Source of the DNA: Candidatus Puniceispirillum sp.
Lineage (GTDB): Bacteria > Pseudomonadota > Alphaproteobacteria > Puniceispirillales > Puniceispirillaceae
Strand: one strand, 5' to 3'
Length of the DNA: 24,000 nucleotides
Assembly (NCBI RefSeq): GCF_018668795.1
Contig: NZ_JABJBD010000116.1
Shown here: piece by piece, positions 1 to 8,011 of the stretch
How the letters are laid out: each line of letters opens with the position of its first letter
Numbering within the stretch: position 1 is the stretch's first letter
Notes under the pieces: model-generated
Database searches by the model: none
Told to the model about the DNA's origin: nothing
Seen by the model: the letters and a program-made list of their open reading frames with translations, nothing else
Translations under genes and position numbers: made by a program

Positions 1-266
1 ATATTGCGTCCTATGCTTTGCTGACACATATGATTGCGGTGATCTGCGATCTTGAGGCTGGTACATTTGTCCATACGTTGGGCGATGCACATATCTACGC
101 AAACCATTTTGATCAGGCGCGCCTGCAACTTTCACGAACTCCGGATGTGCTGCCAAGGCTTCTCATTCATAATCGGCCAGAAGATATTGATGGCTTTACG
201 TTTGATGATTTTGAAATTGTCGATTATCACGCGCAGGCGCATATTCCCGCGCCTATTGCTGTTTAG
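1..266 (+). CDS. thyA: Thymidylate synthase ThyA, C-terminal fragment (5' end lies outside the window)
   Basis: Frame 3 is open from the window edge ([13 protein letters not shown]...), so ORF-track 18..266 is only the part after an internal Met. ThyA C-terminal hallmarks are present: [12 protein letters not shown], and an ending of HIPAPIAV followed by stop TAG at 264-266. Confidence 0.93.
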   Translation, partial: IASYALLTHMIAVICDLEAGTFVHTLGDAHIYANHFDQARLQLSRTPDVLPRLLIHNRPEDIDGFTFDDFEIVDYHAQAHIPAPIAV

Positions 267-274
267 GAGATATA

Positions 275-838
275 ATGACTGAAACGAACGGTCTGGCTAT
301 CCAGATGACAGCTGTTGTGGCGATGGCAAAAAACAGAATCATCGGTGATGGGGCTGGTTTGCTATGGCATCTGCGCGATGATCTGAAACGCGTCAAGGCG
401 CTGACTATGGGGTGCCCGTTGATTATGGGACGCAAAACGTGGGATTCTATTGGCCGGCCTTTGCCCGGGCGGGCAAGTATCGTGATGACACGTGATCCAA
501 GCTGGACTGCCGAAGGGGCGCATACTGTTGCTGATATGCCTGCTGCTATCGCGGCCTCAATCGACTGGATCAACGCCACTGAAGCGGCGAAGCCCAACAT
601 CATTCTATTTGGTGGCGGTGAGATTTATCAACAAGGGTTGGAGTATTGTAATCGGATTGAAATGACGATTGTTGATCTTTTGCCAGATGGCGGCGCAAGC
701 CCAGCCTATTTTCCCGACATTAATCCAGCTGACTGGCACAATGTTATTGAGGCAGATATAGCTGTCAGCGATGACGCGCCCGCGTTTCGGTATGAAACGT
801 TAACGCGGCTGGCAACACCCCGCGAATTGATCGCCTAG
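275..838 (+). CDS. folA: Dihydrofolate reductase
   Basis: 187-aa ORF with DHFR motifs AMAKNRIIG, IMGRKTWDSIGRPLPGR and LFGGGEIY. An AGGAGA SD at 265-270 overlaps the thyA stop, with ATG at 275. This is the classic thyA-folA pairing. Confidence 0.9.
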   Translation: MTETNGLAIQMTAVVAMAKNRIIGDGAGLLWHLRDDLKRVKALTMGCPLIMGRKTWDSIGRPLPGRASIVMTRDPSWTAEGAHTVADMPAAIAASIDWINATEAAKPNIILFGGGEIYQQGLEYCNRIEMTIVDLLPDGGASPAYFPDINPADWHNVIEADIAVSDDAPAFRYETLTRLATPRELIA

Positions 839-853
839 TCAGCCAGACAATAG

Positions 854-1951
854 CTATTCAAAAACGATATTAGGGGCGGCGGCCTTGCCGATGTCCAATG
901 CGTCCAGCACACCATTGGCAATTTTGCGATAATGATCAGCATGCGGACTATCTGGCGCGCTAACGACGATTGGTTTGCCAGCATCCGAGGTTTCGCGAAT
1001 ATCCATCTCTAGCGGCACTTCACCAAGGAATGGCACGCCCAGCTTTTTGGCTTCGGCGGCTGCACCGCCATTACCAAAGATATTGTGTCGTCCCCCACAG
1101 TCCGGACATGTAAAGAAGCTCATATTTTCCACAATGCCTAAAAGTGGCACATTTACCTTTTTAAACATATTCAATCCCTTGCGCGCATCAATTAAAGCAA
1201 GGTCTTGAGGCGTTGACACGATAACGGCACCAGCCAGTGATGCGCGTTGTGACAGTGAAAGCTGGGCATCGCCAGTACCAGGTGGCATATCAATTACCAG
1301 AATATCCAGACCATGCCATGACACGTCACGAAGCATTTGTTCTAGCGCGCTCATAACCATGGGACCACGCCAAATTGTTGGGGTTTCTTCGGCCACAAGA
1401 TAGCCGATAGACATAGTCTGCAAGCCCCACACCTCAATCGGCTTGATTTTCTTGCCGTCACTTTCAGGCTTTCGGTTTTCACCAATCAAGCGCGGTAGTG
1501 ACGGGCCATAGATATCGGCATCAAGAATACCAACCTTTTTGCCAGTTTCGGCCAATGCCAATGCTAAATTTATGGCTGTGGTAGATTTGCCAACACCGCC
1601 TTTACCTGAGGCAACAGCAATGACATGCGTTGCAGGTTGAAGTGTACCATGATCGCCTTGTGGCGCGTTTTGAGGCGGGGTCTGCGGTGCTGATCCTGCC
1701 TGATGTGCGGTCAATAAAGCGGTGGCAGATAAAACGCCATCAAGCGCTAACACGGCCTTTTCGGCAGCTCGTTTCAACGGCTCGGCAGTGTCTTTATCTT
1801 TAGGGTCAATTTCAATTGAAAACCCAACATGACCATCTTTGATGACGATGCCAGAAACCGCGCCGGCGGTAACAATGTCAGTGTCGGCGCCCGATGCCGT
1901 TACAGTGGCCAGCGCTTCACGAATTTTTATGTCATTCAATTCATTTGTCAT
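854..1951 (-). CDS. apbC: Fe-S cluster carrier ATPase, Mrp/ApbC/NBP35 family
   Basis: 365-aa ORF with an N-terminal DUF59/MIP18-like domain, a deviant Walker A (VASGKGGVGKST), a MinD/ParA-type core and the CPDCG (CxxC) cluster-ligand motif. Confidence 0.9.
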   Translation of the reverse strand: MTNELNDIKIREALATVTASGADTDIVTAGAVSGIVIKDGHVGFSIEIDPKDKDTAEPLKRAAEKAVLALDGVLSATALLTAHQAGSAPQTPPQNAPQGDHGTLQPATHVIAVASGKGGVGKSTTAINLALALAETGKKVGILDADIYGPSLPRLIGENRKPESDGKKIKPIEVWGLQTMSIGYLVAEETPTIWRGPMVMSALEQMLRDVSWHGLDILVIDMPPGTGDAQLSLSQRASLAGAVIVSTPQDLALIDARKGLNMFKKVNVPLLGIVENMSFFTCPDCGGRHNIFGNGGAAAEAKKLGVPFLGEVPLEMDIRETSDAGKPIVVSAPDSPHADHYRKIANGVLDALDIGKAAAPNIVFE

Positions 1952-2129
1952 GCTTGAAATAAACCGTTCCGATACAAATATGTTGTCTATTGAATGGTGA
2001 CATAAGCCTTTGTTCAGCTATTTACAAGGCAAACAGGGCATATGCTACCGAGCTGACCATAGTTTATTAGGCATTAGTGCCTGATTAGCTTATAGTTGGC
2101 GTGAATTTTTGAAACGGAGCACAAATATT

Positions 2130-3257
2130 ATGCCATGGAATAATCAAGGCAATGATGGCGGCGGACCTTGGGGACAAGGCGGCGGCAATGGTGGAAATAA
2201 CGGCGGCAGTGGACCTTGGGGACAAGGTGGAAGTGGCGGCGGAAAACCCCCGCAAGACATTGATGAACTTGTTCAGCAGGGTCGTGACGCTTTACGCCGT
2301 ATTATCCCGGGGGGCGGCAAATCTTCTGGACGCTCATTTATTCTTCTTCTTATCATTTTTGCTGGCATTTGGGCGGCTACCGGTTTTTACCGTGTTAACC
2401 CGCAACAGCAAGGTGTGGTTTTACGTTTTGGTGAATGGGTTCGTACCACTGCCCCAGGATTGCATTATCACATACCGTTTCCGGTTGAAACTGTTCTGAC
2501 CCCCGAGGTCACCCGTGATAACCGTATCGAGGTTGGTTACCGCGATGTTGGCGGCAGCAGTTCGTCGCGTCGGGATATTGCCGATGAAAGCCAGATGATT
2601 ACAGGTGATGAAAACATTGTCGATATTGATTTTGTTGTTTTCTGGCGCGTGTCAGATGCAGGTCAGTATTTGTTCAATCTTGCTGAGCCTGATGAAACAA
2701 TCAAGGTTGCCGCAGAAGCGGTGATGCGTGAAATCATTGGACGTACGACAATTCAAACAGTCTTGACTGAAGGTCGTCAGGAAATCCAAGTGCAAGCGCG
2801 CCAACAATTACAAGACTTGCTTAATGAATATAAAGCCGGTGTGCGTGTGCGTGATGTCCAGCTTTTGGCGGTTGACCCGCCTGCCGACGTTATTGACGCC
2901 TTTAACGAGGTGCAACGGGCAAGGCAGGATCGAGACAAGCTCAAGAACCAAGCAGATGCCTTCCGTAATGACATTGTCCCACGGGCAAGAGGTGAAGCTG
3001 CCCAGCTTGTTGCAGAGGCGCAAGCCTATGAAGCCGAGGTTGTAAACAGGGCAACAGGTGACGCGTCACGTTTTGATCAGGTGTACAAAGCCTATTTACA
3101 GAACAAAGATGTAACCAAAGAGCGTATTTATATTGAAACGATCGAAAAAATTCTCAGCAATGTTGACAAGATAATCATTGACGAGAGTTCTTCTGGTAAC
3201 GGCGTCGTGCCTTATCTGCCGCTAAATGAATTAAACAAAAAGTCAGGGGGCAACTAA
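2130..3257 (+). CDS. hflK: FtsH protease modulator HflK (SPFH/band-7)
   Basis: ORF-track start 2109 is a TTG. The ATG at 2130 (MPWNNQGNDGGGPWGQGGG...) has GGAG at 2116-2119 and gives the usual HflK N-terminus. The protein has a Gly-rich tail, one TM segment (FILLLIIFAGIWAATGF) and an SPFH domain, and hflC follows directly. Confidence 0.9.
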   Translation: MPWNNQGNDGGGPWGQGGGNGGNNGGSGPWGQGGSGGGKPPQDIDELVQQGRDALRRIIPGGGKSSGRSFILLLIIFAGIWAATGFYRVNPQQQGVVLRFGEWVRTTAPGLHYHIPFPVETVLTPEVTRDNRIEVGYRDVGGSSSSRRDIADESQMITGDENIVDIDFVVFWRVSDAGQYLFNLAEPDETIKVAAEAVMREIIGRTTIQTVLTEGRQEIQVQARQQLQDLLNEYKAGVRVRDVQLLAVDPPADVIDAFNEVQRARQDRDKLKNQADAFRNDIVPRARGEAAQLVAEAQAYEAEVVNRATGDASRFDQVYKAYLQNKDVTKERIYIETIEKILSNVDKIIIDESSSGNGVVPYLPLNELNKKSGGN

Positions 3258-3258
3258 A

Positions 3259-4146
3259 ATGGCATCTCTACGTTTTATAAGTCTTGTCATCGTTGGTGTT
3301 TTGGGAATAGTAGCCTATGGTTCACTATTCACAGTCAATCAAACCCAACAAGCCCTAGTCATTCAGTTTGGTGAGCCTAAGCGCACTATTCAGGAACCAG
3401 GCCTTGCTTTCAAACTTCCGTTTATTCAGGACGTCGTCTTTTACGAAAAGCGTGTATTGAGTTTGATTCCACAGGATGCCGAAGAGGTCATTCTATCAGA
3501 TCAGAAGCGTTTGCAGGTAGATGCCTATGCGCGCTACAAGATTGAAGACCCTTTGTTGTTCTTCCAAACAGTACGTAACGAACTTGGTGCGCGTGGCCGT
3601 CTTGAAGCGATCATCGACTCATCTGTTCGTCGGGCTCTTGGTCGTGAAACCTTGGGATCGATTCTGACAGGTCAAAGAAATGACATCACCCGCTCAATTG
3701 GTGATGAAGTGAACGAGTCTGTATCATCGCTTGGCATTAAGATCATTGACGTGCGGTTACGCCGTGCTGATTACCCGGAAGCCACAAGTCAGAATATCTT
3801 TAACCGGATGAAGTCCGAGCGTGAGCGGGAAGCTAAGGAGTTTCGTGCGACAGGTGAAGAAGAAGCGCAGAAGATCCGTGCTGATGCTGAAAAAACCCGT
3901 ACGGTGATTATTTCTGAAGCCAAACGTGAAGCGCAGGAAACACGCGGTGCTGGTGACAGCAAGGCTATCAGTATTTACGCCGATAGTTTTGGACAGGACG
4001 CTGAGTTCTTTGCCTTCTACCGGTCGATGGAAGCCTATGACAAGTCTATGACCGATAGTGGTACATCAATGGTCATCTCACCTAACAGTAGCTTTTTCCG
4101 GTTCTTCAAGAACAAAGATGGTATGACTGGTAAGACATCAAACTAG
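3259..4146 (+). CDS. hflC: FtsH protease modulator HflC (SPFH/band-7)
   Basis: 295-aa ORF starting 1 nt after the hflK stop, with an N-terminal TM segment (FISLVIVGVLGIVAYGSLF), an SPFH/band-7 core and a charged coiled-coil-like region (EREREAKEFRATGEEEAQKIRADAEK). Confidence 0.9.
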   Translation: MASLRFISLVIVGVLGIVAYGSLFTVNQTQQALVIQFGEPKRTIQEPGLAFKLPFIQDVVFYEKRVLSLIPQDAEEVILSDQKRLQVDAYARYKIEDPLLFFQTVRNELGARGRLEAIIDSSVRRALGRETLGSILTGQRNDITRSIGDEVNESVSSLGIKIIDVRLRRADYPEATSQNIFNRMKSEREREAKEFRATGEEEAQKIRADAEKTRTVIISEAKREAQETRGAGDSKAISIYADSFGQDAEFFAFYRSMEAYDKSMTDSGTSMVISPNSSFFRFFKNKDGMTGKTSN

Positions 4147-4237
4147 ATCGTCATAAACATGATGTTGCCATTTTTTGGTCATCATATATGCCTAGTTTGA
4201 CCTGTATAGCCTTTCATAAAGTGGGTTAATCCTGATT

Positions 4238-4268
4238 GGATGAGGAAATATGTATTGTTTTCTCATCC
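4238..4268 (+). promoter_or_regulatory. Stem-loop in the hflC-degP spacer (11-bp stem with one G.U, 9-nt loop)
   Basis: GGATGAGGAAA (4238-4248) pairs with TTTTCTCATCC (4258-4268); the loop is TATGTATTG. It lies 92 nt after the hflC stop and 33 nt before the degP ATG. No U-tract follows. Confidence 0.4.
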
Positions 4269-4301
4269 ATTCTACGGGGGTTTATCAAGGAGATATCAAG
4301 A

Positions 4302-5789
4302 ATGTTAGTCAATTTGGTGCGGTCGGCAGCAAGCATGCGTGCTGACTTTGTGAAGCCCGGCGTTACGTTATTTGTTGTTATGTTCATGTCCGTCAACTTG
4401 TTTGGTGGCATGGCAGGTGCTGGTGAACGGCCAGACAGTTTTGCAGATCAAGTTGAGCGTCTATCACCAGCGGTGGTCAATATTTCAACCACGACCATTG
4501 TCAATGATGGGCAAAGCATGGAAATGCCTCAATTTCCGCCAGGCTCACCTTTTGAAGAGTTTTTCAAAAATTTTGGTGATAACAACCGTAAAAGACGTGC
4601 CCAGTCGTTGGGATCAGGTTTTATTATCGATGACAAAGGTATTGTCGTCACCAACCATCATGTTATTGAAAATGCAGAAGAAATTCGGGTCATTTTGTCT
4701 GACGAAACCAGCTTTACGGCCAAGGTGCTAGGTCAGGACAAGAAGACCGATATTGCTGTATTGAAAATTGAGCCTGGTGATACAAAGCTTGTATCAGTCA
4801 AATTCGGCGACTCAGACGCTTTGCGTGTTGGTGATTGGGTATTGGCGATTGGCAACCCGTTTGGTCTTGGTGGAACGGTGACAGCAGGTATTGTCTCTGC
4901 GCGTAGTCGTGATATCGGGAATGGACCTTATGACGATTTCATCCAAACGGATGCATCAATCAACCGCGGTAATTCAGGCGGGCCACTTTTCAATGTTGAA
5001 GGCGAAGTGATTGGTATTAATACAGCTATCTTTTCGCAATCAGGTGGATCGGTTGGAATTGGATTTGCCATTTCGTCAAATTTGGCTAGCCGTGTTGCCG
5101 ATCAGCTATCCGAATTTGGCAAGACGCGCCGAGGTTGGCTAGGTGTATTTATTCAGGAAGTAACTACAGACATCGCTGAGTCTCTGGGGCTTGAAGAAGC
5201 TGCGGGTGCTTTGGTATCGACAGTGAATGAAAACAGCCCTGCCTTTGTCGCGGGTGTTGAGCCAGGCGATGTGATCTTAACATTTGATGGCAAAGCCATT
5301 GAGCGTATGCGGGATTTACCGCGCATCGTTGCTGAAACAGATATTGGCTCAAAAGTTGATGTCGTACTGTTCCGTCAAGGTAAGAAAATGACAGTGATGG
5401 TAGAGCTAGGTGAGCTTGAAAAGGCCGAACTTGTTGGGCTTGTCGACAGCGACTCGGACTCCGAACCTGGTAAAAAGCAGAGCTTTGGAAGCTTGGGCAT
5501 GTCAGTTCAGGATCTTGATGCCAAACTGGCCGAGGAACTGAGTATTGATCCGGAATTGAAAGGCGTTGTAGTTGTTGACGTTATTCCGGGAAGTCCAGCG
5601 GCAGATAAAGGTGTTGCCCCGGGTGACATCATTCGACGCTATGGCCAACGTCGTGTTGATGATGCCCTTGCCCTTGCCAAAGATATTAAGGCAGCAGAAA
5701 ACGGCGGCAAATCAGGCATCCTCATCTTGGTAGAACGAGATGGCCGTGAACGGTTTGTGCAGATTGGTTTTGCCGATAAAGCAGAATAG
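4302..5789 (+). CDS. degP: Periplasmic serine endoprotease, DegP/HtrA/DegQ family (two PDZ domains)
   Basis: Catalytic triad contexts are present: VTNHHV (His), TDIAVLK (Asp), GNSGGPL (Ser). Two PDZ-like regions are separated by a DSDSDSEPGKK linker. The ORF is open from TTG 4236, but ATG 4302 has an AGGAGA SD at 4288-4293 and yields a signal-peptide-like N-terminus (MLVNLVRSAAS...VTLFVVMFMSVNLFGGMAGAG). Confidence 0.9.
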   Translation: MLVNLVRSAASMRADFVKPGVTLFVVMFMSVNLFGGMAGAGERPDSFADQVERLSPAVVNISTTTIVNDGQSMEMPQFPPGSPFEEFFKNFGDNNRKRRAQSLGSGFIIDDKGIVVTNHHVIENAEEIRVILSDETSFTAKVLGQDKKTDIAVLKIEPGDTKLVSVKFGDSDALRVGDWVLAIGNPFGLGGTVTAGIVSARSRDIGNGPYDDFIQTDASINRGNSGGPLFNVEGEVIGINTAIFSQSGGSVGIGFAISSNLASRVADQLSEFGKTRRGWLGVFIQEVTTDIAESLGLEEAAGALVSTVNENSPAFVAGVEPGDVILTFDGKAIERMRDLPRIVAETDIGSKVDVVLFRQGKKMTVMVELGELEKAELVGLVDSDSDSEPGKKQSFGSLGMSVQDLDAKLAEELSIDPELKGVVVVDVIPGSPAADKGVAPGDIIRRYGQRRVDDALALAKDIKAAENGGKSGILILVERDGRERFVQIGFADKAE

Positions 5790-5810
5790 CCGGATACTGA
5801 ACGATATAAT

Positions 5811-5846
5811 AAAGGGCGCCCTTTCAAATAAGAGGGGCGCCTTTTT
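5811..5846. terminator. Bidirectional rho-independent terminator between convergent degP and serB
   Basis: AAAGGGCGCC (5811-5820) can pair with GGCGCCTTTT (5836-5845). The first element is itself a perfect 14-bp palindrome, AAAGGGCGCCCTTT. There are T-runs on the + strand (CTTTTT) and on the - strand (CCCTTTATTAT). It lies 22 nt after the degP stop and 43 nt after the serB stop. Confidence 0.6.
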
Positions 5847-5888
5847 AGTGGGATTAGTGGAACTGTGTTTGATGGCTAAATCTGGCTG

Positions 5889-6785
5889 TTAAGAAACAAA
5901 TTCGTGACGGGCATAGCCCTGAAGATATAGTAAACCGGTCAGATCAGTATGGTTGAGCTGTAACTTTATGTGTTTACGGAGTATTGGTTTGCCTTGAAAG
6001 GCAACGCCAAAGCTGGCCGCTTGTAGCATTTCAAGGTCGTTAGCCCCATCACCTATCGTAGCCGCATCAGCCATTGTCAGGTGATGCGTTGCACAATATT
6101 GCGCCAGATAGTGAGCCTTTGCGCTGCGGTTCAGGATTGGTTTTCTGACCGTGCCTTCAATCAAGCCAGACGATATGTTCATATGATTGGCATGGTCATC
6201 ATGAAAGCCGCATATATCCCTGATATGCGCTGTGGCAAAGTCAAATCCCCCAGATATAAGATAACAATAAGCACCATTAGCGCGCATGGTTTTGACAAGT
6301 GAAATAGCACCGGCGGTGAGTGTCATGTCATCAAGTAACTGGTTAAATAGAGTTGCCGGTTTTCCTGCTAAGATCGCTACGCGGGCATCGATTGATTCAT
6401 CAAAATCTATGTTGCCAGCCATTGATTCTTTGGTGATCTGGGCAATTTCATCGTCAAGTCCGGCCATGCGTGCCAAATCGTCAAGCGACTCTGATGTGAT
6501 GATTGTGCTGTCCATATCGGCAATTAACAGGCGTTTACGGCGGTTCTGGGTGGGAACGATATTCACATCAATATGCATTTCATTCGCAGTATTACGGAGC
6601 TTGGCAATATCTATTTCTGTATTATCTGCCACGATTATTTCGGCGGCATGGCTTTTGGCTAACCATGTTGCCTCACCAGCTATATCAATGTCCGGCATTG
6701 TTGCTAAAAAAGGAGCCATCCAATCGGCGGCACTTTCTGGCGTAACAGACATCTGGCTGGTAGTGAAAATTATGGCGTAATTCAT
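5889..6785 (-). CDS. serB: Phosphoserine phosphatase SerB (HAD superfamily)
   Basis: HAD motif I is LLIADMDSTIITSE and the C-terminal HAD motif is GDGANDLEMLQAA, with an N-terminal regulatory domain. ORF-track start 6830 adds 15 residues. The internal ATG at 6785 (MNYAIIFTT...) gives about 298 aa, the typical length; the start choice remains uncertain. Confidence 0.85.
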   Translation of the reverse strand: MNYAIIFTTSQMSVTPESAADWMAPFLATMPDIDIAGEATWLAKSHAAEIIVADNTEIDIAKLRNTANEMHIDVNIVPTQNRRKRLLIADMDSTIITSESLDDLARMAGLDDEIAQITKESMAGNIDFDESIDARVAILAGKPATLFNQLLDDMTLTAGAISLVKTMRANGAYCYLISGGFDFATAHIRDICGFHDDHANHMNISSGLIEGTVRKPILNRSAKAHYLAQYCATHHLTMADAATIGDGANDLEMLQAASFGVAFQGKPILRKHIKLQLNHTDLTGLLYLQGYARHEFVS

Positions 6786-6890
6786 GACAAGCCTTTGTTT
6801 GAAATGAGTGTCTGTTCGTCCTAAGAGCAAGGTATGCAGGGATGTATCATGCCACTATAAATTATGCCATAAAATGCTGGGGTAACATTT

Positions 6891-7823
6891 ATGACGAAAC
6901 ATTACATCATGATCGCGGGGCCGACCGCTTCGGGCAAGTCCAAATTGTCTATCGAGATGGCTATCAGGTTGGATGGGGTCATCATAAATGCAGACTCGAT
7001 GCAGCTTTATAAAGACCTTCATGTCATTACAGCGCGCCCCTCAGATGCCGATATGGCATTGGCAGCGCACCGTCTTTATGGTGTGCTTGATGGCAATATA
7101 CGGGCATCGGTGGCCATGTGGCTGGAAATGGCCGCTACCGAAATGCAAGCAGCCTGGGACGCTGGTAAAATACCGATTATCATTGGTGGCACAGGGATGT
7201 ATCTAAATGCTGGCTTGTCTGGGTTGGCGTCAATTCCCGAAGTGCCGCGCGCTGTTCATGATGCTGCTGTTGCGCTTCATACCGATATGGGGGGTGCTGG
7301 CTTTCGACAGGCGTTGGCTGAATTTGATCCGGTAACAGCCGCGCGTCTATTTGATGGTGATACCCAGCGGCTTATTCGCGCGATGGGGGTGGTGAAGGCA
7401 ACCGGACGACCAATCAGCGCATGGCAGGAAGACCCGCATGAAGGCGCGTTTGAAGGTGTGGCAACGACTGTCAAACTGCTACCTGATCGCGATGTTCTTT
7501 ATAAACGGATAAATGACCGCTTTGATATGATGATAGAGGCAGGGGCGGTTGATGAGGTGAAAACACTATGTGCGCGCAACCTTGATGGTGGCTTGCCCGT
7601 GATGAAAGCGTTGGGGGTTCGCCAATTATCAGCATATCTTGATGGTGATGTTGCTAAAGCTGATGCAATTCATCAATCCAAACAGGATAGTCGGCATTAC
7701 GCAAAACGCCAGATGACATGGCTAAGAAATAATTTTAATGCGAAATTTGAATTGAATAAGAAATATTCGGAAAGTTTTTTTGAAGAAATCTTTGCTAATC
7801 TTTGTGAAAATAGGTTGACCTAG
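6891..7823 (+). CDS. miaA: tRNA dimethylallyltransferase (tRNA i6A37 synthase)
   Basis: 310-aa ORF with the P-loop GPTASGKS near the N-terminus, then INADSMQLYKDL and the IIGGTGMY motifs of the IPP transferase family. Confidence 0.9.
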   Translation: MTKHYIMIAGPTASGKSKLSIEMAIRLDGVIINADSMQLYKDLHVITARPSDADMALAAHRLYGVLDGNIRASVAMWLEMAATEMQAAWDAGKIPIIIGGTGMYLNAGLSGLASIPEVPRAVHDAAVALHTDMGGAGFRQALAEFDPVTAARLFDGDTQRLIRAMGVVKATGRPISAWQEDPHEGAFEGVATTVKLLPDRDVLYKRINDRFDMMIEAGAVDEVKTLCARNLDGGLPVMKALGVRQLSAYLDGDVAKADAIHQSKQDSRHYAKRQMTWLRNNFNAKFELNKKYSESFFEEIFANLCENRLT

Positions 7824-7960
7824 AGGTAAAAAACTGGCACCAATCATTAAAGAACTGCCTGAATCACATTGGATTTCTTGTAAAAAAGTTAAAGTTGCAA
7901 GAAATATAAGTTGCCTTAACAGCGATTTGGTGTCGTTACAACGGATTAAAAATATGCTTT

Positions 7961-7989
7961 GCTGCCTTAAATGGCAGCTTTGTTTGTTT
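7961..7989 (+). terminator. Intrinsic-terminator-like hairpin in the ilvB 5' leader (candidate attenuator, or the miaA terminator)
   Basis: GCTGCC (7961-7966), loop TTAAAT, GGCAGC (7973-7978), followed directly by TTTGTTTGTTT (7979-7989). It ends 22 nt before the ilvB ATG and lies 138 nt after the miaA stop. Confidence 0.55.
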
Positions 7990-8011
7990 ACAGATATTAC
8001 TAAAGGAAAAA

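Noticed and set aside
2109-2129. Upstream ORF-track start extensions (hflK TTG 2109, degP TTG 4236, serB 6830, bacA 17245, glmU 21399, glmS GTG 21557)
   Set aside because: In each case a downstream ATG has a better-placed SD and reproduces the family-typical N-terminus (MPWNNQ, a signal peptide, MFESFFP, MNIVAIILAAGQGTRM, MCGIVG). The serB choice is the least certain.
2152-2499. 115-aa alternate-frame ORF inside hflK
   Set aside because: It is a by-product of the GGC-rich Gly-tail coding region. The HflK frame carries the conserved SPFH domain.
4197-4230. Sigma-70 or stress-sigma promoters in the hflC-degP, miaA-ilvB, rodA-bacA and ilvC-mreB spacers
   Set aside because: Hexamers resembling -35 or -10 boxes exist (for example TTGACC at 4197, and TTTAAT-N18-TATAAC at 17181-17210). 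None has both a good match and good spacing, so I do not report them as features.
6286-6780. 164-aa ORF antisense to serB (similar cases at 253..603 vs folA and 18941..19384 vs hldE)
   Set aside because: All are fully nested opposite conserved genes, have biased low-complexity translations and lack SD sequences.
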